Positions 35,055 through 40,413 of a stretch of DNA of 40,413 bases are shown one piece after another. The translations under genes and the position numbers were made by a program. The notes under the pieces were generated by a model that did not search any database, had not been told where the DNA came from, and saw only the letters and a program-made list of their open reading frames with translations. The stretch covers positions 1 through 40,413 of the forward strand of contig DYPF01000006.1 of assembly GCA_020720105.1 (NCBI GenBank), written 5' to 3'. Each line of letters starts with the position of its first letter. Within the stretch, counting starts at the first letter, position 1. Source of the stretch: Chloroherpeton thalassium (GTDB lineage: Bacteria > Bacteroidota > Ignavibacteria > Kapaibacteriales > UBA2268).

Positions 35055-36335
35055 ATGAATATTTGTTTTAAAAACATTCGATTAATTAACCCTACGCAAA
35101 ACATAGACAAAGTAACGAGTTTGTGGATAAAAGATGGGATTATTCAAGCAATTAATGAGCAATTTGAAGTAGATACTAATACCGAAATTATTGATGCTAC
35201 TGGTTTGGTTGCTTCACCTGGTTTCTTCGATATGCACGTTCATTTCCGTGATCCTGGTTTTGAATACAAAGAAGATATTGATAGTGGTGTTAATTCTGCG
35301 GCAAATGGCGGCTTTACAGGAGTAGTAGTGATGCCAAATACTAATCCAGTTATTGATAATAAAACAGTTATAAGTTATATAAATACAAAAGCTAAAGACA
35401 AATTAGTTGATGTTTTTGTTTCTGGTACACTTACACAAAATCAAGATGGAACTCATTTATCAAATATGATGGAAATGGCTTCTTATGGAGCAGTACTTTT
35501 TACTGATGACGGTAAATCAGTTATGAATTCAGATACTATGAGAAGAATTTTTGAATATTCAGCCCCTTCAGATTTATTGATTTCACAGCATTGCGAAGAG
35601 CATAATCTTACTAAAGGTTTTGATATGAATGAATCTGATTTATCTATTAAATTAGGTTTAAAAGGTTATCCTTCAGTTGCTGAAGAAATTATTTTAATGA
35701 GAGACATATATTTGTCCGAATTTACTGGCAATAGACGTTATCATGCTCAGCATATTAGCACATGTAAGTCTGTTGATATTATAAAAGATGCTAAAAAGAA
35801 AGGACAAAGAGTTAGTTGTGAAGTAACTCCTCACCATATCTCTCTAACTGATGATTTATTAGCTACTTATTGCACTAATTATAAAATGAATCCACCTTTA
35901 AGAAAACAAGCTGATATTGACGCTATAATCGAAGGTTTAAAGGATGGTACAATTGATGTTATTGCAACTGATCATGCTCCACATTCCAAATTAGAAAAAG
36001 AAACCGAATTTGATAAAGCTATGAATGGGATAGTTGGCTTAGAGACTGCATTTGGTATTGCTTACACATATTTAGTTGTTCCAAACCATTTAACATTAAA
36101 TCAATTGATTGAAAAAATGTCGATTAATGCTCGTAAATTATTAAAACTTTCAAAAGTTGTTTTTGAAGAAGGTGCAAAGGCAAATATCACAATTTTCGAT
36201 CCAAACGAAGAATGGATTGTAGATTCAACTAAGTTTCTCTCAAAATCTGTTAATACTCCATATAATAATCATAAACTTACTGGCAAAATCAAATATACTA
36301 TCAATAATGAGAAAATTCATTTTTCAACTTTGTAA
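35055..36335 (+). CDS. pyrC: Dihydroorotase (class I, amidohydrolase)
   Basis: DMHVHFRDPG, VMPNT and IATDHAPH motifs. ATG 35055 is preferred over 35010. Confidence 0.85.
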   Translation: MNICFKNIRLINPTQNIDKVTSLWIKDGIIQAINEQFEVDTNTEIIDATGLVASPGFFDMHVHFRDPGFEYKEDIDSGVNSAANGGFTGVVVMPNTNPVIDNKTVISYINTKAKDKLVDVFVSGTLTQNQDGTHLSNMMEMASYGAVLFTDDGKSVMNSDTMRRIFEYSAPSDLLISQHCEEHNLTKGFDMNESDLSIKLGLKGYPSVAEEIILMRDIYLSEFTGNRRYHAQHISTCKSVDIIKDAKKKGQRVSCEVTPHHISLTDDLLATYCTNYKMNPPLRKQADIDAIIEGLKDGTIDVIATDHAPHSKLEKETEFDKAMNGIVGLETAFGIAYTYLVVPNHLTLNQLIEKMSINARKLLKLSKVVFEEGAKANITIFDPNEEWIVDSTKFLSKSVNTPYNNHKLTGKIKYTINNEKIHFSTL

Positions 36336-36364
36336 AATTTGTAAAATTATTAAGCATTTTAATT

Positions 36365-36568
36365 ATGAGTGACGATAAAAATAATAAGGATGATATTCCT
36401 GCTAATCAAAAAGAACTTTTCAGAAGTATGATGGTTAAAGAAATGCTTCATAAGATTGAAGATAAACTTAAAACCAATAACGGAGAAAATGTTATGAATA
36501 CACTTAAACAACTTTCAGATGATTCTCAATTAATTGAAGCATTAAAGAAAATGAAAAATAAGAAATAA
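36365..36568 (+). CDS. Small hypothetical protein (67 aa, Lys/Asp-rich, helical)
   Basis: ORF only; no recognisable motif. It sits in an otherwise non-coding gap on the co-directional strand. Confidence 0.35.
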   Translation: MSDDKNNKDDIPANQKELFRSMMVKEMLHKIEDKLKTNNGENVMNTLKQLSDDSQLIEALKKMKNKK

Positions 36569-36638
36569 TGAATATAGTTTAAATATAATCTACATTATGT
36601 AAACTAAAATAATTCATTGCTATATCATTCTTATGTGC

Positions 36639-36646
36639 TAATTTTG
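36639..36646 (+). promoter_or_regulatory. -7 promoter box TAATTTTG for the 36678 gene
   Basis: Perfect TAnnTTTG, with 31 nt between the box and the ATG. Confidence 0.45.
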
Positions 36647-36677
36647 TAAATAAATAATTAACTATTATAAAAATATT

Positions 36678-37181
36678 ATGAAAAAATCAACTCAATATAT
36701 CTTAATGGCATTGGCTTTGGGGCTTATACTTTTAACCAGATTAATCCCCCATATTTCCAACTTTACTCCTATTTTTGCAATTGGTATTTTTGCTTCAACA
36801 ATTTTTAAAAATAAGAAAATTTCCTTATTTCTACCTTTGTTTGGTATGTTCCTAAGTGATATTTTCATTGGTTTCTATTCAACTGCATGGGCAAATTATC
36901 TTGCATTATTCTTTGCAATATCAATTTCTATAATCTATAATTTGAAGAATCGTTATTTTGATACTTTCTCCAAATCGTTAGTAGCTCCTACAATATTTTA
37001 CATCTTATCAAATTTCGTAGTGTTTTTTGCTTGGTATCCTCAATCAATTGAAGGCTTCGTTAGCTGTTATGTAAATGCAATTCCCTTTTACGGAGCTTCT
37101 TTACTTAGTACTCTTGCTTATAGTGTTGTATTTACTATTTTTGCTAAAAAGTATTCAGAAAAGCTCGAATTAGCAAGATAA
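36678..37181 (+). CDS. Small polytopic membrane protein, DUF6580-like putative transporter component
   Basis: Five hydrophobic segments. The N-terminal LTRLIPHISNFTPIFAIGIFAS matches my recollection of the DUF6580 RL.P...NF.P..A pattern. Confidence 0.45.
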   Translation: MKKSTQYILMALALGLILLTRLIPHISNFTPIFAIGIFASTIFKNKKISLFLPLFGMFLSDIFIGFYSTAWANYLALFFAISISIIYNLKNRYFDTFSKSLVAPTIFYILSNFVVFFAWYPQSIEGFVSCYVNAIPFYGASLLSTLAYSVVFTIFAKKYSEKLELAR

Positions 37182-37220
37182 TCTCCAGAGAAACATCACA
37201 ATTATTAATTTCCTTTTCTT

Positions 37221-37256
37221 AAAATCAAATAATTTTATAATTATTTGATTTTTTTG
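37221..37256 (+). terminator. AT-rich rho-independent terminator after the DUF6580-like gene
   Basis: Perfect 14-bp inverted repeat, AAAATCAAATAATT (37221-37234) with AATTATTTGATTTT (37239-37252), around a 4-nt loop and running into a T-tract to 37255. Confidence 0.5.
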
Positions 37257-37278
37257 TTTGATATTCGTTTTCATTTTA

Positions 37279-37286
37279 TATTTTTG
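37279..37286 (+). promoter_or_regulatory. -7 promoter box TATTTTTG for the 37311 gene
   Basis: Perfect TAnnTTTG, with 24 nt between the box and the ATG. This supports the plus-strand ORF over the antisense ORF 37289-37519. Confidence 0.45.
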
Positions 37287-37310
37287 TACTAAATAGTTAA
37301 TGGAAAATTT

Positions 37311-37715
37311 ATGAAAGTAAATCGCATTGCTTTAATTGATCCCAAAATCGGTTGTATTAGAATTTCTTCATCAATTTCAAAAGGGATTATTGCTGGAATT
37401 GACTTCAAAATTATCTCGGAAAATAAATCAATTATCAAAGAATTTAAAGTTGACTTATCCGCTTCATCTTCTTTTGATAAAACTATTACTATCGACACAC
37501 AACTGCTAAAAAATGCCAATTTAGTTTGGAATGTTGTTTATTGCAGTAAAGATGTTGCTACTCAAACAGGCACCTTTAAAATTGAATTATTCCAAGAATT
37601 ATCAAGAGTTAAGTTAAATCTTCCCACTGATAAAAATCTCGTTGATATTCCTCTTTGTATGTTCAAAAAAACTTTAGATTTTACTGATTCTTTGATGTTT
37701 ATTTTGAGAACATAA
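37311..37715 (+). CDS. Hypothetical protein (134 aa, no signal peptide, beta-rich)
   Basis: ORF with its own promoter-like box. No family recognised. Confidence 0.45.
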   Translation: MKVNRIALIDPKIGCIRISSSISKGIIAGIDFKIISENKSIIKEFKVDLSASSSFDKTITIDTQLLKNANLVWNVVYCSKDVATQTGTFKIELFQELSRVKLNLPTDKNLVDIPLCMFKKTLDFTDSLMFILRT

Positions 37716-37757
37716 CCCTTCATATCAAAATTATTTGCTCATTAATTTTTTTATTGT

Positions 37758-37765
37758 TAATTTTG
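37758..37765 (+). promoter_or_regulatory. -7 promoter box TAATTTTG for etfBA
   Basis: Perfect TAnnTTTG, with 40 nt between the box and the etfB ATG. An AAAGAGG SD lies at 37795-37801. Confidence 0.45.
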
Positions 37766-37805
37766 ATTTTTTTTAATATTCTATTCATTTATTTAAAGAG
37801 GTATT

Positions 37806-38552
37806 ATGAATATCTTAGTTGCAATATCTCGTGTGCCAGATACAACTACTAAAATTCTTGTTGGCGGTGACGGGAAGTCTATTGACAATAATAATGTTAA
37901 ATTTATTTTAAATCCTTATGACGAGTATGCTCTCGAAGAAGCTCTGCAGATTAGAGAAAAGAACGGCGGTACTGTTACTGCCATCACTGTCGGCAGTCAA
38001 GACAATCTTGAAACTCTTAGGTCTGCTTTGGCTATGGGTGCTGATAACGCTGTGCTCGTTGATGCTGGAAATGCTTTTGACTCAATGTTTGTTGCAAAGA
38101 ATATCGCTGAATATTCCAAACAATTCAATCCCGATATTATCTTTTTGGGCAAGCAAAGCATTGATTTCGATTCCTTTCAAGTTCCTTCTTACATTTCCGA
38201 ATTCCTTGATCTCCCTTTGGCTACTTCTATTACTAAACTTACACTTAACGATAATAATGCTATTGTTGAAAGAGAGATCGAAGGTGGCAAAGAAGTTCTT
38301 GAACTTCAACTTCCTGCTATTTTTTCGGCTAATAAAGGCTTGAATATTCCTAGATATCCCAAATTACCAGACATTATGAAAGCAAAAAAGAAGCCTATTG
38401 ATACTATTTCACCTATTTCTACTAATCCAACTATCACTATTGATAAAATGGAATTGCCCAGCAAGACTCGTTTGAACAAAATCTTTACAGATTCAGAAGA
38501 AGATATTTTACAAGTTGTTAATTTGCTTCACGAAGAAGCTAAAATTTATTAG
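37806..38552 (+). CDS. etfB: Electron transfer flavoprotein beta subunit
   Basis: MNILVAISRVPDTTTKI..., LNPYDEYALEEAL and IFLGKQSID patterns, followed by etfA. Confidence 0.9.
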   Translation: MNILVAISRVPDTTTKILVGGDGKSIDNNNVKFILNPYDEYALEEALQIREKNGGTVTAITVGSQDNLETLRSALAMGADNAVLVDAGNAFDSMFVAKNIAEYSKQFNPDIIFLGKQSIDFDSFQVPSYISEFLDLPLATSITKLTLNDNNAIVEREIEGGKEVLELQLPAIFSANKGLNIPRYPKLPDIMKAKKKPIDTISPISTNPTITIDKMELPSKTRLNKIFTDSEEDILQVVNLLHEEAKIY

Positions 38553-38561
38553 GAGGCATCG

Positions 38562-39527
38562 ATGAATGTTATTATTTATCTAGATTTTTACAAAGATAAT
38601 CTTAAAAAAGTTGCGTTTGAAGTTGCTTCTCTCGCCTATTCTCTTAAAATTCAAGCAAATGCTTCTATTTTTCCTGTCGGTATTAATATTGATGAAACTA
38701 AAATTGATGCTCTAAAGCAATATGGTATTGATAAAGTTTATAATATTAAACATAATCTTTTGGATTCATTCTCTTCTGCCGCTGTAGCTAAGGCTATCAA
38801 ACAATTTGCAGATAAAATCTCTCCAAATGTATTCATTTTTAGTGCTAATTCTCATGGTATCGAGCTCGCTCCTCGTATTGCTGCTAAATTTGAGGCTGGT
38901 TATTTCTCGGATATTATTGATTTTTCCTTAAATGGTGATAATATTACAATCAAAAAGCCTGTTTATGCTGCTAAATCAGTTATTTCCGCTCATATTAATA
39001 CTGATGTTAAAGTTTTTTCGCTTCGTCCAAACGTATTTACACCCAAAATTAATCCTGTAGATAGCATTTCTATCGAAGAATTTATTCCCGAACTAACTGA
39101 AACTGACCTTAAAGCTAAAGTTATTGATACTTTTAAGAATCAAGGTAAGATTGATGTTAAGGAAGCTGATATTATTGTTTCCGGAGGTCGTGGTTTGAAA
39201 GATGCACCACACTTTGATATGATTGAAAGCCTTGCTGATACTCTCGGAGCAGCTGTTGGTGCTTCTCGAGCAGTTGTTGATGCGGGTTGGAGACCCCATT
39301 CTGAACAAGTAGGACAAACTGGCAAGACAGTTTCACCTACTCTTTATGTTGCATGTGGTATTTCTGGTGCGATTCAACATCTTGCTGGTATGTCTTCATC
39401 TAAATTTATTCTTGCAATTAATAAAGATAAAGATGCACCTATTGTTAAAGTTGCAGATTATTCTATTATTGGCGATGTTTTTGCTGTTTTACCTAAATTA
39501 ACAGAAGAAATTAAGAAGCATAAATAA
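38562..39527 (+). CDS. etfA: Electron transfer flavoprotein alpha subunit
   Basis: C-terminal FAD-binding region (IVSGGRG, GASRAVVDAGW, QVGQTGKTVSPTLYVACGISGAIQHLAGM). Confidence 0.9.
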   Translation: MNVIIYLDFYKDNLKKVAFEVASLAYSLKIQANASIFPVGINIDETKIDALKQYGIDKVYNIKHNLLDSFSSAAVAKAIKQFADKISPNVFIFSANSHGIELAPRIAAKFEAGYFSDIIDFSLNGDNITIKKPVYAAKSVISAHINTDVKVFSLRPNVFTPKINPVDSISIEEFIPELTETDLKAKVIDTFKNQGKIDVKEADIIVSGGRGLKDAPHFDMIESLADTLGAAVGASRAVVDAGWRPHSEQVGQTGKTVSPTLYVACGISGAIQHLAGMSSSKFILAINKDKDAPIVKVADYSIIGDVFAVLPKLTEEIKKHK

Positions 39528-39552
39528 GTTTTATAATTAATTACATATAATA

Positions 39553-39589
39553 AGAGGCTATATCTTTTTGGTACAGCCTCTTTTTTTTA
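39553..39589 (+). terminator. Rho-independent terminator after etfA, shared with the convergent 39614 gene
   Basis: AGAGGCT (39553-39559) pairs with AGCCTCT (39575-39581), running into an 8-9 T run. Confidence 0.75.
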
Positions 39590-39613
39590 TGCTAATATTA
39601 ATTTTACAATAAT

Positions 39614-40231
39614 TTATGTTGCATAAACTACTGCTACATTGCTTGGTTCACTTACTAATTCATTCTTTTGAGCTTTTACACGATAAAAAAGCATTCTTCC
39701 TGGGACTTGACCAATATGTTCAAAAGTAGATTTTGTTGTTGTTCCAGCAAATTGCCATGATTCTGTTACATTTAGTTGATATTCTACAACAAATACAATA
39801 CCATAAGGGTTATTATTTCTATTCCATTGCAATTTATTAACACCTGATGCTGCAGGATCAGCTATTAATTCCATTGGTTGTTGTGGTACTATTGGTGTTA
39901 GACCTCCATCTCCTACAGTTATTCCTAATTGTGCTTTTAATTGTGGCAATACAGCAGGATTAGCTTGTATTTTTCTTACTAAAATACGTACTTTTGTTGT
40001 TAAATTACTTTTTACTGTTGATTTTTGTTGTGTTGCAGCTTTAGCTTCTGCCTGTTTAGTATTATTATTTGTTATTGCAGTATCATAACTACCCTTTTCT
40101 GATGTAATGGGTGTTGTATCTGCAGCTACAAGTCCTAATGCAACTAAATTAGCATTTGCTACAGTAAGAAAATTTTGTGTCCAAGATTGTAAATCTGAAT
40201 CTTTTGCTGGTAAATAATCAGTTGTTGCCAT
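39614..40231 (-). CDS. Hypothetical protein with a C-terminal fibronectin type III-like domain
   Basis: No signal peptide, an Ala/Thr/Gln-rich helical N-terminal half, and an FN3-like C-terminus (LQWNRNN...VVEYQL...W.F.G...KSTFEH....G....YRVKA). AGGAG SD 7 nt upstream. Confidence 0.55.
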   Translation of the reverse strand: MATTDYLPAKDSDLQSWTQNFLTVANANLVALGLVAADTTPITSEKGSYDTAITNNNTKQAEAKAATQQKSTVKSNLTTKVRILVRKIQANPAVLPQLKAQLGITVGDGGLTPIVPQQPMELIADPAASGVNKLQWNRNNNPYGIVFVVEYQLNVTESWQFAGTTTKSTFEHIGQVPGRMLFYRVKAQKNELVSEPSNVAVVYAT

Positions 40232-40271
40232 ATTATTCTCCTTTATTTTTATTATTATAAATAATTTAAAA

Positions 40272-40279
40272 CAAAAATA
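40272..40279 (-). promoter_or_regulatory. -7 promoter box TATTTTTG (minus strand) for the FN3 gene
   Basis: Forward CAAAAATA, with 40 nt between the box and the start codon at 40231. Confidence 0.4.
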
Positions 40280-40413
40280 AACAATTATTATTAAATAACC
40301 AAATATTTTGATAAATAATTTTTTATTTTTATATTTTATTTAAATATAATAATCATTATAATTAAATGGTAGAATAATTATTGCTATTAATTGAACAATA
40401 TTTTTTAATGTTA

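Noticed and set aside
36569-36677. Possible cobalamin or other riboswitch upstream of the DUF6580-like membrane protein.
   Set aside because: The 109-nt region is AT-rich with no G/C-rich helices or B12-box-like sequence. It contains only a weak AT hairpin (TAGTTTA...TAAACTA) and a promoter box.
37300-37314. Tiny upstream ORF MENL whose TGA overlaps the ATG of the 37311 gene (ATGA), and a similar MNYK uORF at 23668-23682.
   Set aside because: Four-codon ORFs of this kind arise by chance in AT-rich leaders, and there is no supporting conservation or structure.
548-39325. Many short ORFs in the six-frame track lie inside or antisense to larger genes. They are 548-748, 2679-3146, 4533-4751, 4717-4908, 4901-5095, 7964-8173, 10479-10799, 12531-12932, 14273-14455, 15822-16013, 16529-16750, 16751-16987, 17075-17380, 17480-17761, 20055-20297, 20409-20705, 21176-21382, 22003-22479, 29144-29410, 29432-29677, 37289-37519, 37918-38343, 38082-38309, 39093-39317 and 39140-39325.
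   Set aside because: Each is fully overlapped by a longer ORF with clear family motifs on the other strand or frame. Their translations are low-complexity or hydrophobic shadows with no motifs, which is typical of AT-rich genomes with few stop codons in the antisense frames.
1-40413. Searched for CRISPR arrays, tRNA/rRNA/tmRNA genes, transposases, integrases, toxin-antitoxin pairs and defence systems.
   Set aside because: I saw no regularly spaced direct repeats. No intergenic gap is long or G/C-rich enough for a structured RNA gene. No ORF has recombinase, transposase or nuclease-defence motifs. The only repeats are the two palindromic elements reported above.

Overview
AT-rich chromosomal segment (roughly one-third G+C by eye, not computed), most likely from an FCB-group bacterium (Ignavibacteria/Bacteroidota-like). 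Lineage clues are Bacteroidetes-type TAnnTTTG -7 promoter boxes 20-45 nt upstream of many start codons, a CarboxypepD_reg TonB-dependent receptor paired with a DUF4249-like lipoprotein, and an 11-subunit nuo operon. About 40 genes are present and almost all are housekeeping. In window order: TonB receptor plus lipoprotein; nadK and a stand-alone nuoF; DUF1801 protein; an operon of an output-less NIT sensor and a rhomboid protease; a SAM methyltransferase; nuoABCDHIJKLMN (no nuoE/F/G); peroxiredoxin; ribH; a long PiT phosphate transporter; two uncharacterised putative outer-membrane proteins; a cytoplasmic heparinase II/III-like protein; an LptF/G permease; an aromatic amino acid block (CM-DAHP synthase, aroB, aroD-like) preceded by a LolB-like lipoprotein; PTPS/QueD-like synthase, folE, rnhB, pyrC; three small or unknown genes; etfBA; and an orphan FN3-tailed protein. 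I saw no tRNA/rRNA, CRISPR array, transposase, integrase, toxin-antitoxin pair or recognisable defence gene. I did not find a convincing multi-gene novel system. The best leads are: (1) the NIT-sensor stub coupled to a rhomboid protease; (2) the N-module-less complex I with an orphan nuoF beside nadK and a shared 12-mer upstream of nadK and nuoA; (3) His-rich loop insertions in NuoL; (4) the ComEA-like HhH putative beta-barrel protein whose start codon lies 2 nt from that of a divergent heparinase-like gene; (5) two copies of a nested palindromic intergenic element; (6) the orphan FN3 gene at the right edge. All functional calls come from motif recognition by eye, because no searches could be run.
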